Origin: the human T2T-CHM13v2.0 reference genome, Homo sapiens
Assembly: GCF_009914755.1 (NCBI RefSeq)
Contig: NC_060929.1
DNA length: 64,000 bases
Reading direction: 5' to 3' (one strand)
The notes under the pieces were generated by a model. The model was not told where the DNA came from, did no database searches, and saw nothing but the letters and a program-made list of their open reading frames with translations. Below are positions 1 through 13,600 of this stretch, one piece after another. Position numbers and translations under genes: made by a program. Position 1 is the stretch's first letter, and each line of letters begins with the position of its first letter.

Positions 1-1340
1 TGTTTTAGGAGGAACTCCAGAATAGGAGAATACTAAAAATGGCAGGGGCAAAAAAAGAAAAAAAAATCAAAGAAATAATATAAGAAAAATTCCCAGCGGA
101 AGCCACAGACGCCAGGAGCCCTGTACTCTCAGCCATGGTGAATCCCACCGTGTTCTTCCACATTCCAGTGGACAGCGAGCCCTTGGGCCGCGTCTCCTTC
201 AAGCTGTTTGCAGACAAGTTTCCAAAGACAGCAGAAAACTTTCGTGCTCTGAGCACTGGAGAGAAAGGATTTGGTTATAAGTGTTCTTGCCTTCACAGAA
301 TTATTCCAGGGTTTATATGTCAGGGTGATGGCTTCACACGCCATAATGGCACTGGTGGCAAGTCCGTCTACGGGGAGAAATTTGATGATGAGAACTTCAT
401 TCTAAAGCATACAGGTCCTGGCATCTTGTCCCTGGCAAATGCTGGACCCAACACAAACGGCTCCCGGTTTTTCATCTGCACTGCCAAGACTGGGTGGTTG
501 GATGGCACGCATGTGGTCTTTGGCAAGGCGAAAGAAGGCATAAATATTCTGGAGGCCATGGAGCGCTTGGGTCCAGGAATGGAAAGACCAGCAAGAAGAT
601 CACCATTTCTGACTGTGGACAACTCTAATAAATTTGACTTGTGTTTTATCTTAACCACCAGACCATTCCTTCTGTAGCTCAGGAGAGCAGCCCTCCACCC
701 CATTTGCTCGCAGTATCCTAGAATCTTTGTGCTCTTGCTGCAGTTCCCTTTGGGTTCCATGTTTTCCTTGTTCCCTTCCATGACTAGCTGGATTGCAGAG
801 TTGAATTAAGTTTATGATTATGAAATAAAAACTAAATAACAAAAAGAAAGAAAAATTCCCAGAGCTGAACAATGACACGTTTTCAGATTAACAGTTCCCA
901 CAAAATGCTAAGCAGGTTGGAATAGACACATCTTGATGAAATATCAGACACTAAGGATGAAGAGAAAGTTTCTAGAGAGAGAGGAGAAAAAAGAGGTTAC
1001 TTAAACAGGAGAATCAGTTTGGCATCAGAATTCTCATCAGAAACGCTGAAGACTAACAGGCACTAAGGAATCACTTCAAAAATTTATGAAAAATATTTTG
1101 AAAAAAGTATTGGGTTCCTGGAAAAACTAACATTCAAGTTAGAGGGCAACAAGAAAATGACAGTTTTAAGCGCAAGAAAGTCTTGTTGCATTAAAGAATT
1201 TATGAAGGGGTTAAAGTTTAAAAATATTGAGCCAGTTGGGAAACAGTATTTTAGTTTGAGAGAAAGAAATATTTGGATTTCTGTCAGAATAATTCCCAAG
1301 AGAACATTTAAGAAAATTACACATTTTAAAAAACAAAAGC
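1..1340 (+). mobile_element. Ancient L1/HAL1-type ORF1 relic, split by the PPIA retrocopy (parts 1-96 and ~863-1340)
   Basis: Joining across the TSD gives KEII*EKFPEL. Downstream, ISLASEFSSETL and KLTFKLEG resemble the L1 ORF1p motifs EIIQENFPNL, IRLTADFSAETL and KLSFKYEG. Confidence 0.75.
97..847 (+). pseudogene. Processed PPIA (cyclophilin A) retropseudogene
   Basis: Intronless ORF 135-677 reads MVNPTVFF...HRIIPGF...WLDG.HVVFG, as in PPIA. PPIA-like UTRs, AATAAA at 824-829 and a short A-rich tail are present. A 15-bp TSD AAGAAAAATTCCCAG lies at 82-96 and 848-862. A 1-bp deletion at ~567-568 frameshifts the C-terminus. Confidence 0.97.
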
Positions 1341-1346
1341 AAGAAT

Positions 1347-1622
1347 AAAAGAGAGAGAGAGAAAGAGGAAGAGGACGGAAGGAGGGAAAGGGAGGGAGGG
1401 AGGAAGGAAGAAAGTAAGGAAGGAAAGGGAACGAAAGGGAAGGAAAGAAGGAAGGGAAGGAGGAGAGGAAGGAGGGAGGAGAGGAAGGAGGGAGGGAGGG
1501 AGTGAGGAAGGAAAGGGAAGGAAAGAAGGAAGGGAAGGGGGGGCAGGAGGGAGGGAGCAGAAAAGGGAGGGAGGGAGGAGAAAAGGGAGGGAGGGAGGGA
1601 GGGAGGAAGGAAGGAAGGAAAA
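1347..1622 (+). repeat. Polypurine GGAA/GGGA low-complexity tract
   Basis: About 276 bp with only 6 pyrimidines; contains (GGGA)5 at 1585-1604. Confidence 0.95.
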
Positions 1623-2329
1623 TTTAGGAACAAGTTCAGATTTAGCAGCTTAGTTAAGTGGCAGAGAAAAGCTATTACCCTCTCATATCCATTTAGTGGC
1701 TTATGTGAAATGAACTGGTTTTGAAGTCCAGTTTCTTCCACTTGGAATTTTGGGTTTTACATGCACAGCAAGTGTGGCTAGTACTGCATCCTTGTCCTCC
1801 CTTCCATGGCAAGGGCAAAGGGCAAAAAACAGATGGACTTCCCTAAAGATTCATCATTGTCACCAGAAGAATAGCTGGGTTTCCTATAAGAGACTAGATG
1901 CCGTCTTCCTTCATTTATGCAACTGGGGGACAGGAAAGGTATTGTTTGTCCTGTGCATCAGTAGAGCACTGGTTTCCTTGCATATCCATATAGAACAGCT
2001 GGTTGTACTCACTTTGTCTCCCTTATTCCAGCATACAGAGAGTGTACAACTCAGCCATTCAGTGACAGTAGTTTTTTGACCCTGAAATATGTAAACAGAA
2101 GGATGGTCCAAAGGAATCACGAAGTAATCCTCTCATAAAAGTAGTAATAGCTAGCTTTGTGTACAGACAGATTTCACATAATTCTGATGCAAGCTTCACA
2201 AACAGTCCCATGAGGTGAGAAAGAAATATAATCATTATATATTTTTTTACAGAAGAGTAATTTTAGGCTCAGAGGATTAAATAAAACATTCAAGAACATG
2301 CAGCAAGTTAGTCAGTCTGTCTCACTTAG

Positions 2330-4320
2330 TGAGGACTTTCTGTGTGTCAGAACTTGCTGTTCTGAACACGTCTTTTAAAAAGGGAGGTAAGTCCCTCAAT
2401 GGGGAATGTATTGGCTAGCAGAGGCAGATGGGTGGTAAACATGTAAGGACATTAGCCATAAAGATAACTTTAGATATGGGAGATTGCCATGAAGAGGATA
2501 AAGTAAGTCAAGTCACAGGGGATGACTTGAGCTACGGTGGGAGAGGGGCTGCTGCTTCAGCGTGGGTGGAGTTGGGGAAATTCTCTGGATTGAGACCTGA
2601 ATGTTGAGAGGAAGGCATAAGAGGATTGGAGAAAGAGCAACCCTTGCAGAGGAACAAACCCCTTGAGACAGCAATGAACTTGGCATGTACAAGGGGTACA
2701 AAAACAGACCAGTGTAGCTGGAACGCAGTGAACAAAGACAAGGCTGGTAGGAGACAGGGTCCAAGAGGTAGGAAGAAGCCAATCATGTAGAACTTTGTGA
2801 GCTATGATAAGGAGTTTCGGTTCGGGTTTTATTCTAAGTGTAATGAGAAGTTTTGTTTATTTGTTTTCTTAAACATCTTTACTAAGGTATATTTTTACAT
2901 CATAAAATTCAACTGTTTTGAGTGTGCAATTCGATGATTTTTATAATTGAATTAATTAATTTATAATTATAATTATATATTAATTATAATTCAGGAGAGC
3001 AACCATCAACATAAATCAGTTTTAGAACATTCTTATTCTTCCAATAAGATCCCTCAGCCCACTGACAGTTATTCCTTTTTCCATGCAACTGCTAGTCTAC
3101 ATTCTGCCTCTCTAAATTTGTCTTTTCTGGGCATTTCTATAAATAGAATCATACAATATATGGACTCTGGTGCCTGGCTTCTTTCACCAGGCATAATGTT
3201 TTTGAGGTTAGGTAGGATATGTTAGTAGTCTGCTGTTTTTTATTGCTGAACAGTGTTCCATTGTATGGATATGCCACAATTTGTTTATCCATTTATCTGT
3301 TGATGAACAGGTAGGTTGTTTCCAGTTTTTGACTGTTGTGAATAATGAATGCTGCTATGAACAGTTGTGTACAAGTCTTTATGTGGACATGTTTTCTTTC
3401 ATTCCTCTTGAATACATACCTATAAGTGGAATTGCTGGGCTATATAGGAATTTCAGACATTGCCAAACTGTTTTCCAAAGTGACTGCACCATTTTATATT
3501 CTCACCAGGAATGTACGAAGCTTCTCATTTCTCAACTCACCAACATTTTTTGTTGTCTGTCTTATTTATGGTAACCATTCTAGTGGGTATGCAACTATAT
3601 CTCATTGTGGACTGAATTTGCATTTCCTTAATAGTCGACTAATGATGTTGATCATCTTTTCACGTCCTCCATTACCAATGGAAGAGTTGTAAGCAAGGGA
3701 AAAGATATGATATGATTTGTGCTTTGAAGACCAATCTGGTTACTAAATGGCAAGTAGACTATGGGCAGTTGGCCAGTTAGGAGATGATTGCTATAATCCA
3801 GAGGGAGATAATAGTGTCTCAGACTTGGGTTATAATAATGGAGGTGAAGAGAAGGAGTTTGAATAGAGATACATTATGAAGGTAGAGACAGTGGAAGTGG
3901 CTAATGGATTGGATATGGGATGTGGGGAAGAGTGGTATTTAGGCAAACAACTAGGTAGGTAGTGGTGCCATTTTTTTGCCAAGGGGAAGCCTGATGGAGG
4001 AGTAAATATGGTGGTGATACTGGGGAGTTGGTCCTAAACAATACCTATTTTGATCACACTACATTTTTGGCATCTATTAGACATCCAAGAGGAAATGTTG
4101 AATATGTAATCAGGAGCTCAGGGGAGAGTTCTGAGCGAGAGATAGAAATTTGAGTCATCAGCATATAGAGGGAATTTAAAGCTTTAGGACCCAGGGAGAG
4201 TGTGTGGATAAAAGAGAATGGAGTGGAGAATGAAACCCCAGAGGCATTTTGAAAAAGTTGCTTATGGAGATCAGAGGGTAAGGAGGAAAATTTGAAAATT
4301 GGGATTGAGGTAAAGTTACG
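2330..4320 (-). mobile_element. L2 fragments interrupted by an L1MB insertion (approximate ends)
   Basis: L2-like motifs occur on both sides of the L1: gagacctgaatg, ttttattctaagtgtaatgagaag, ctataatccagagggagat, agacatccaagaggaaatg, gtcatcagcatatag. Confidence 0.7.
2855..3665 (-). mobile_element. L1MB-like 3' end
   Basis: Typical antisense L1M 3' motifs: ataaatagaatcatacaatat, ttccattgtatggatatgccacaatttgtttatccatt, tgcatttcc...gactaatgatgttga. Confidence 0.85.
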
Positions 4321-4352
4321 CTAAGGGAAGCATCAAGAAATATGTTCATTGA

Positions 4353-4641
4353 CTGTACTGTCCATGACGTAGCCACTAACCCATGTGGTTCAGTGAGCAC
4401 TTGAAATGTGGCTTGTTGAATTGAGATGTAAGTACAAAATACATATTGAATTTGGAATACTTAGACAAAAACAGAAAAGTCTCAGTAATAATTGTTGAAA
4501 TGATATTTTAGATATACTGGGTTCAATAAACTGTTATTAAAATTAATTTCACCTATTTGTGCTTTTAAAAATGTGGATACTAGAACATTTAAAATTGCAT
4601 ATGTGGCTCATATCATATATATATTTTTGGGGGGCAGTACT
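4353..4641 (-). mobile_element. MER33-like hAT-Charlie DNA transposon
   Basis: gtagccact..catgtgg..gagcacttgaaatgtggc ... attaaaattaatttcacct ... tttaaaattgcatatgtggctc matches the reverse complement of MER33. Confidence 0.8.
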
Positions 4642-4989
4642 AGTCTATAATGTTCTACCCACAGTCTCATCCTGGTTTTCCAGAAATGTGACTGTGGCAC
4701 TTTAAGGCCTGTGTAGGAACTTTAATTTATATAAGAATTCTGTATTTCCCCCCTTCTCACTACTGCACTTGACTATTAAAAAAATGTTTTAAAATAATTC
4801 TGTAGATATTTGCTACAAAGCTTTCTTAAGGTGCTACTAGGCATAGATGACATCCACAACCTAAAAGAAGAGTGTCAGTGCCTTGGGTATTTTGAGTATG
4901 TGTTTACATTGTGCAGACAGAGCAATATTTTAGCAAAGACAAGGCCACATGGATCATTTGATCTTTGTTGAGCTGGGAAACTGCAGTTA

Positions 4990-5299
<310 letters not shown>

Positions 5300-5943
5300 A
5301 AAATGGAGATACCATATCCTTGATATTTATAAGACCAACATGTCCTTGCTGGCTACAAAAAAGTTCAATCAAATAAATTCTTTCTTCCATCTGGTTAAAT
5401 ACAACTTGATTACATGAAGAGAAACTTAATTGTTTAATAAGGTCACCATATGAATTAGAAATGATTTTTTTCTTTTCTTTATCATCTTTGAGATTCTTTA
5501 CATACAATAAAAATCAGTTTTTCATCAAGTTCTTGTCCTATTGCTATTATGGCAAGAGTTTCCCTTTAGAAATAAGAAGAATTCCCTTTGGCTGGAAATC
5601 ATAGAGGCAAACTGTGCAGATATAAGGTGGTGAGACTTCTTCACTCTCTTCCCTCGCCCCAGTGAATGAGGTCATTTGAACAAAGTAATTCCCTCAAAGG
5701 GGTAGAGTTACACTGTTTTTGTGTTTTACATGACAGATGATTGGGCAGATTTCATGCATAACCCTGTGGGAGATTTTGCAGTCACAATATAGAAATTTCT
5801 CTAGTGCTTCTGATTAAAATACAGAATCAAGAGCTATAGTAACAGCTCATCCATTCAGTTCAATGGAGGATTGGAGGCTGAGTTTTGCATAGAGTTTTGT
5901 ATGAGTTTTGTATAGGCTGAGGTTGTTAGAAAATGGGAGCTAG

Positions 5944-6270
5944 GGCCAGGCACAGTGGCTCACACCTATAATCTCACCACTTTGGGAGGCCAAGGCAGAA
6001 GGATTGCTTGAGCCCTCGAGTTCAAGACCAGATTGGGCAACATAGTGAGACCCTGTTTCTACAAGAAATATTTAAAAATTAGCTGGTTATGGTGGCACAC
6101 ACCTGTAGTCTCAGCTACATGGGAGGCTGAAGCAGGAAGCTCACCTGAGCCCAGGAGGTCAAGGCTGCAGTAATCTGTGATTGTGCCATTGCACTCCAGC
6201 CTTGGTGACAGAGCGAGACCCTGTCTCAAAAAAAAAAAGAAAAAAAAAAAGAAAAAAGTGAAAAAAAAGA
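5944..6270 (+). mobile_element. AluJ element
   Basis: J-type diagnostics ggattgcttgagccc and aggtcaaggctgcagt; A-rich tail. Confidence 0.95.
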
Positions 6271-7399
6271 GTGTTAGAAAATATTATTAATCTGTCATAT
6301 TGATCCAGGTTTCCAGGTGGTCATTTCTATAAGGCTAGATCCTGCCTGTCCTACATGTGGAAGTTCTCTGAGATTTTACAGTACCTTCCTCAGACAAACT
6401 TTTGGAAGAAGTATGACTTTTCTGGATGTAGAATACAAAAATTGTTCATTTACTGCTTTGGTTCCATGTATGATGACCTTTTCCATTTTAGTTTTCTATA
6501 GCCCTTTTAGAGTTCTACTTTCTGTTAATATTTGTAACTGCTCTTAATATTCTATTATTTTGTGTGTTATATAAACACAGTTAACATAAGGAGGAGAGAG
6601 TTCAAATTTCTATCACTTAATTTTTGAAGATCTTGAAAAGAGATGGTTCTTTTATTTAGTTCAGGACTGAAGGTAGGGGGTTTTTAAAAACATGCTGCTG
6701 GGCTCCTGAGAGTAAGCCTTATGTCAGCAACCCCTTTATATGTTCGATACATTTTAAGGGGAAGAGAGATCATTAAAGAAAGAAAGTGGTCATGCTCTTC
6801 AACTCTATAGTCCTGGGAACCAGCCACAGGAATAATAGTGTTCCAGCCAGAGTAATCAGAGCAGATATGGCTAATAGATTTCAACCTGCGTTGAAATAAT
6901 AAATGATTGATACGAGCTGCCTGCAGCACAGCTGTGTTAGAAAGGATTTTGAGGCCACATCTGGGTTCATAGGACAAAGTGTGATTAATGATGTCTGCCA
7001 TGGTTGTGAGAGGAGGTAGTGGTGGTAGCCATGCCATGTATTTTTAATCCCTGAATGATAATCTTTGATGAACAGAACTGTTCATCCATGAGGTTTCCAG
7101 ATTGCAGTCGGAAGATTATGGGCATATTCGGACAGCATGGAGATAAGATGCTAGTTCTATTTGGGCTGATTTTATTCAACTTGTAGTCAGAATGATTTCC
7201 TGACTTGCCAGAGCCAGTAAATTGGAGAATAAAGTATGTAATATCTGTATTCCCACTGCTTAGCTTAAACTTAAACACAGGACCATAATGCATCCCAATA
7301 CAGGCGCAAATAGGATGTTACACAGAAAATGGGATATTAGGCTGTTTGAATTATCATTTTAATAAAAATCTTGTGTTCTAGAAGGTAGGGATGGATTTC

Positions 7400-7815
7400 T
7401 TTTTACTTGCCTTATTTTATGCTTTGTTTAGTCAACACATGGAAATGTAAAGAAGAGAGTAATATTTACCCATAATGCCTCTGCCAGAGATAAATATTGC
7501 TAATATTTTGGTGTGGAACCTTCTAGAGTCTTTGCTATGTATATGTTTAAATCTGTTGGGATTATATCATAGATCCTGTTTATAGCCTAAAGTTTTCATT
7601 TAACAGAATTTAGACTTCCTTCTAAGTTAATAAATATGACTGCATTATAGTAGTTAATGGATCAATAATACCATCACTTTGATGAATACCCTTGTATATA
7701 AATATTGTGTACTAATTACTTCCTTAGCATAATTTTCTAGAAAAGCATTTGCTAGGTCAAATTTATAAATTTTTGTTTTTATTTTAAGGGCTTTGATACT
7801 GTCTTCCAAAAAAGC
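7400..7815 (-). mobile_element. Degraded old L1 (L1ME-like) 3' fragment
   Basis: AT-rich sequence with weak L1ME-type motifs (cccataatgcctctgccagagataa, gggattatatcata). Confidence 0.45.
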
Positions 7816-8956
7816 ATTAGCAATATACTTGATAATTCTTGAAGAGTATGACATAAAAAGCCCAATGCATTTGCTAAGATTGCTACTCTGAGAGGAAAAG
7901 ACAGCCCGAGCTGCCCCATCCACACACCCACACAGTCTCTTTCTCTACTCGATGATATTATATATCTAGATTGTAGAGACCGTAATAATTCACAACTGCA
8001 GCAGCCAATTCAGAAGCAGGTATGTGCACTTGGAGCCTATGGAGTGGAATTGGATAAGATCACAGCGGGTTGCTCGATTCTACAGACCAAGCATAGTTCC
8101 AGCTGTCCCAAGACTGCTGAGCTTCCCCAAGGAACCAAGCAATTCTGCCTTGTACTTCCTAGGACTTGCTGGGCTCATGCAGACATATTATGCAGATCCC
8201 CTGCTTCCTTCTATTGATTAATCTTTGAGGTTACCTGCAAGCCTGTGGAGTTTGAGAGGCTGGGGAATGGAGAGCTGAAGTCTAGAGGAAGACTGGGCTT
8301 CAATTTCCTGGGAGCGCTTCCCCTCAAAATGAACATTCTAAGGAGGGTGGAGTTAGTGACCTCCTTCAAGGAAGGCTCCCACTGTCAGTGGGTCAGTTTT
8401 ATTTTATCCAAATGTCTTTTCTTTTCTTTCTTTCTTTTTTATTTGTATAAATTTAAAGGGTACAAGTACAGTTTATTCCTCCTGAGATGTATCTATCTTT
8501 ATCCCATTCCATCATTTTATTTTGCCTTTGTCATTTGTGGCATCTGAACAAGTGTTCAGTGTTGCATATAAATATAAAAATAAATGACTCATACATCATA
8601 GTTAACAGTATCTATAAAAAGAAGGAAATTAAACCTTAAATAATCTATGCCTATACAATTTAGGGGAAAAAGTTGTTACTGTTTCATTTTCAAATAATAG
8701 AATCAGTATTTTGTGATTCTAGCTTCAGAGATTTCATTCTCCCTATAAATTGTTGTGTTGGTACCTTTTTAAAACTAGTAACCAGAGCAACTAGAGCTAT
8801 CTCTGCACATTGGAATGAAGAGTGAGCTAGAAGGCATGATAGAAGACTGTGAGCTCATGATTTGGAGGGCGAGTTTCCAAACACACCCAGCCTGGAATGA
8901 ACAGTCATTATCAGTGGTAACGGAGTTTAGTTTCTGACCTAGAAAATCCATTGTGG

Positions 8957-8958
<2 letters not shown>

Positions 8959-9008
<50 letters not shown>
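8959..9008 (+). repeat. (AC)25 microsatellite
   Basis: Perfect 50-bp dinucleotide run. Confidence 0.99.
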
Positions 9009-9012
<4 letters not shown>

Positions 9013-9062
9013 CCCAAGATACTAGATAAAGAGAGCACATTTTCAAATTCCATTTGTTTTCT

Positions 9063-9367
9063 TTTTTCTTTCTTTTCTTTTTTTTTGAGACGGAGTCTAG
9101 CTCTGTCACCCAGGCTGGAGTGCAGTGGTGCGATCTTGGCTCACTGAAAACTTCCCCTCCTGGGTTCAAGTGATTCTCATGCCTCAGCTTCCCAAGTACT
9201 GGGATTACAAGTGCCTGCCACCATGCCTGGCTAATTTTTGTATTTTTAGTAGAGATAGGGTTTTGCCATGTTGACCAGGCTGGTCTCGAACTCCTGACCT
9301 CAAGTGATCCACCTGCCTCAGCCTCCTAAAGTGGTGGGATTACAGGCATGAGCCACCGTGCCTGGCC
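9063..9367 (-). mobile_element. AluS element
   Basis: Antisense dimeric Alu; TSD ccatttgttttct at 9050-9062 and 9368-9380. Confidence 0.97.
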
Positions 9368-12300
9368 CCATTTGTTTTCTAAAAACAAATTTAAAAACTT
9401 CTAATTTCTTATTATCAGGCTATAAATAGATTTGATTCCTTTCCTAATATGTGTGGACTATGCTATATTGTTTGGAATTGTGCCATTTAACTTGACTTCT
9501 TTTTACAAACATTTTGTAGTTTCATTAAATATTTTTCAAAAATATGACTTTTAATGACTGTATAGTTTTCCACAAAATAGATATCAGATTAATTTGACCA
9601 ATTTCCAAATTATTTCTTTTTTATTATAATAAATTCTATAATAAACATCTGTATACATAAATCTTTCTATGCATTTCTGATTCTTTTCTTAGGATAAAAA
9701 TTAGAATTGAGCCAGTCTGAAGAATTTTATCCCATTTATATTTTAACTTATTTTTAAAAATTGAGATTATATTGTATATATAGACTGTCACTCAGATTTT
9801 TTGCTTGGCAAGCTGTGGGCATTGTTCCATGTCATGAAATATTTATTGAAAACATGATGGTCTGTTTTAGCGGCCACATGATATGTACCTTTTGAATATA
9901 CCATTATTGACCCTTTTTTAAAGCCATTTTCCTACTATTGAATAATCCAGTTGTTTCTACTTTTTTGATGTTATAAATATTGCCATTGTGGACATCCTTG
10001 CACATATACTTTATTTCATTAAGAAAACGTTCTGTCACAGAGCTTCAACAATTACTGGCACATGGCCATGTGTTTTGCCTATAACTTCCAAATCTCCATT
10101 TCCCAGTGGATTATTTTGAAGAAAATAGCCCAGGACATTTTTGTTTCATAAAGTACAATAGGAAAGTGATCATTTGGGGGCAGATAACAGCATTACGGGG
10201 TCTTTTTGTTGGACATATCTGAAGTTTTTAACTCGGTAATTTCTTAGAAAAGTCTTAGAAGATTCAGAAGAAGTAGAAAACAACATTGTTAAAAAATGTG
10301 ATTTTCAAGCAAACACATTGTTCTTAATTTTATATTAGTAAATTTTAGGTTTTGCCCGATTGTCTGAAAAAAAAGGGGTCATCATTAGGATATTCTGGCC
10401 AAAGACTGAGATAGAGAAAGTAATTGCTGCCCTTCCTAAATAAGCAAATGTTACCTTCTGAATATCCATAAATGGTAAAAAGAGACAATGCTAAATATAA
10501 CTAGAAGACATATTTACTTTATAAATTGTGTAAAATGTTCTGTAATTTCACTTAATGCTTTTAGTGCTGCATGTAGGAAGAAAGAGAGGAAATGTGTGGT
10601 TCATAGGAGGAGAAAAACTGTTCATTATGATTCTCTAGAAATGCAGTAACAGGCTTTTTAGAGTGTGATGTATCATGTACCCACCCACTCTGAGCTGTGT
10701 GAGGGAAATTAAAACTATAAACACATCCCTAAAATATTTAAGTACGTCAGAGATCAGGTATCAGTAACAGACACTCCCCATCCTTAGAATCCAGCCATAT
10801 TATCGCTGCACAGAAAATTGTCAGCCTCTTTCTCACTCACACTCGCCAGCTTCCTCACAGAAGCTCCTTTCCTAGTTAGTCAACAAATATGTATTCATTA
10901 CTCACAGATGATCCAACAAGATGTTAGGTCTTGCTTTTAAATCTTTCCATTCACAATACTATTAGATCAAAATTATTTTTTCCAAACATAGGACCAATAT
11001 TTCCTTAGTTCCGTTTTTGAAACCATCTGTTTGCTTCCTCTTTTTTTCCCTCACTAACTTTGAGCCCTTTGGTCTCTCTTTGAAGCAGTCATATTCAGCC
11101 TTCTTTTCTTCTCTTGTTTTCTTTAGTAGCTTTTTGTTTTCTTATTTATCCCACCATTTTTTTTTTTATTTTCAACATTATTTTCCCAACTTTGTTCTAT
11201 TTTTGGGCTGCCACCTAAGATTTGATTGACTCTTATCATCAACCGCTCTCCCTTTACATCCTGGTAAAAAAAAAAAAACAAAAACAAAGCAAAATAAAAA
11301 CAATAAAAACTACTGTCAAGGCCAAACATTCACCCCTAAAATTATTGCCTTGCTTTTCTGCTAGTGGAAAGTTAGCCCTACTAAGGTAAACTTATTTTAT
11401 ATATCTTTATTAAAAATCATAAGTTCTAACTAGAAAAGGTAACTTTGGAAAAGCTTTGCTTTGTAACCCCAGACCATTTGGAAAGGAATTTTACATACAA
11501 AATCGTGATTCAGGATTGATTGCTCAAAACAGAATCAGAGACTTGAAGAGATGGTAAGAATTTCTAGTTTGGGGAAGAGAAATGTCCTAGGATACTCATG
11601 CTGTAATTGCAAAGGAAATATCAATTTCCACTAAGATTTGTAGAAATTTGGACAGTGGGTGGGGAGGGAGAGGAACAAGGATGTGTTCTAAAAAGAAGAG
11701 ACCTAGAGGAGAATTGCTTTATCAATAGCCTAGAAAAATAAGTGGTTGCAGGAATGTTCCATAATCAGAAATAGACAGAGATGTATCAATAAAGGAAAGT
11801 GATCCAGAAATTTAAGATTTGATTCTTAGGAGGATAAAGGGTAAGTTAATCCTATTTAAACTCAGGATAAACCCAGGATTAAATTAAGCAGTGATTAATA
11901 ACAAGGATTATGAGAAAGGAAGATGCAATTGTATCAAGTATCTGACATTTCTTTAAATCATATCCTAATTATATGTCCTATTTAAACAGAGCAATTAGTA
12001 ATACTAATAAATATTTGTGCTTGTCTGTTTTAATAAAGAATTTTACTTTCACGGACAGAAGCACAATTACAGGGGAAAACATACTGATCTTTCTCACTTA
12101 ATAATGCTTATGGGATATCATTTCTGGGAGCAACAAAACCATAACCACCACTAACAATATGGCAGCTAACACTATTTATAGTTTAAATGTTTATAGTCCG
12201 AGTCCTAGTGATGGAATAGAGTTCTTTAAGAATTGACCTTATTAATAAGTAAGTTGCCTTTTTCCTAACAATAATCATCAGCAAACATTTTAAATTATAT

Positions 12301-12546
12301 AATTTGATCACTTATTATGTGCCTAACCAATGTACTTGTATAATACCTTTGAAATACTATCTAATGTATTTTTTGGTTCCTGTAAAGTCTTAGTTGCCCT
12401 GTTTCCTCCCCATTGTATCAAAGGTATTTATTGTCTAAGAAATGTTGTATACTGTCTAGAATAAAGCAAGTTTTACATTAAAGAAAGTTTTCAAAGTCCA
12501 AAGCAAAGAAAATAGGAGTGGGAGTTCAGGAAGAGAGTGTGTGGAG

Positions 12547-13079
12547 TGTTCTAATTATTATTATTGCATAACAAATCACCCCCAAACTCAGTAACTTAAA
12601 ACAACCATTCAGTTTGCTTATGATTTGGGAGTCAGGAATTTGGGAAGGGCTTGCTGGAGGGATCCTGAGATACTGATGAGGGCTTCAGTCGTCAGAAGGC
12701 CTGACTGGGCTGAATGTCCAGGGCATCTTCCTCCTTGAAAAGCGATTATACTAGCGCTCACCTGGGCTCACCAGAGTGTCTACATGTGGTCTCTCCAGCA
12801 TGGTAGTCTCAGGGTGTTTGGACTTCTTCTATGGTGCCTAGCTTCCCCTAGAGCAACATTCCAAGAAAAACAGGTGGAAGCTACATGGCCACTTATGACA
12901 GGACCTTCCAACTTATGCAGCAATCCTTCTTTTGGTTAAGAGCATTCCATTAACTAATAGAGCATTCTATTGGTTAAGAGGAAATCCCTAAAGTCAACCC
13001 ATATTTAAGCAGAGAGGACCTAAATCCCACCTTTCAGTGGGAGGCATATCAAATAATTGGAGGACATGTTTAAACTGCC
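12547..13079 (-). mobile_element. MLT1 (MaLR) LTR, MLT1G/H-like
   Basis: attgcataacaaatcacccc.aaactcagtaacttaaaacaa ... ctacatgtggtctctccagcatgg ... ggtggaagct. Confidence 0.8.
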
Positions 13080-13159
13080 CCCTAAGGGACTGGATCTTAG
13101 TTCAGTTTTGTCAGATCTATAGACTTCGAGTAGTTGTCAAATTGTTATGGTGGAGAGAA

Positions 13160-13600
13160 AGGCTGAACAGGATTCTAAGTATATAGACACTTATGGGAGA
13201 GAGACTGGAATAGAGTCCAGTGAATAATCTAGTTGGCAAGAGTGCAAGGTTTGTGGAGAGAGGTTGAGAAAGTGAACCTGAAAAGATTGTGGGAATTTGC
13301 ATGCTAGGCTAAGAATTTTGGTATTTACCTTATTATCAGTGGGTAGCCCTTGACACACAGGAGAGTGGCATGATCAAGGCAGTGTTTCCAAAAGATTGAT
13401 CTGGCATGGAGGTACAAGATCATTGGAAGGGCCAGACTATAAGAAGGGAAGACATTTATAAGGCTGTTGGAGTAATCTTAGAGTGATGGGGCTTACTTGA
13501 GTCAAAGAAATGGAATTTGACATGAGAAAGAAAGGATGATTGGAGAGTTATGGGAAGGAAAAGTCAACAGACTTGATGACTGATTGATTATGGAGAAAAT
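13160..13600 (-). mobile_element. L2 fragment
   Basis: ggagagtggcatgatcaa..tttccaaaagattgatctggc..aggctgttggagtaatc. Confidence 0.6.

Noticed and set aside
1211-1741. 176-aa Leu/Pro/Ser-rich ORF
   Set aside because: Translation of the polypyrimidine strand of the GGAA/GGGA repeat.
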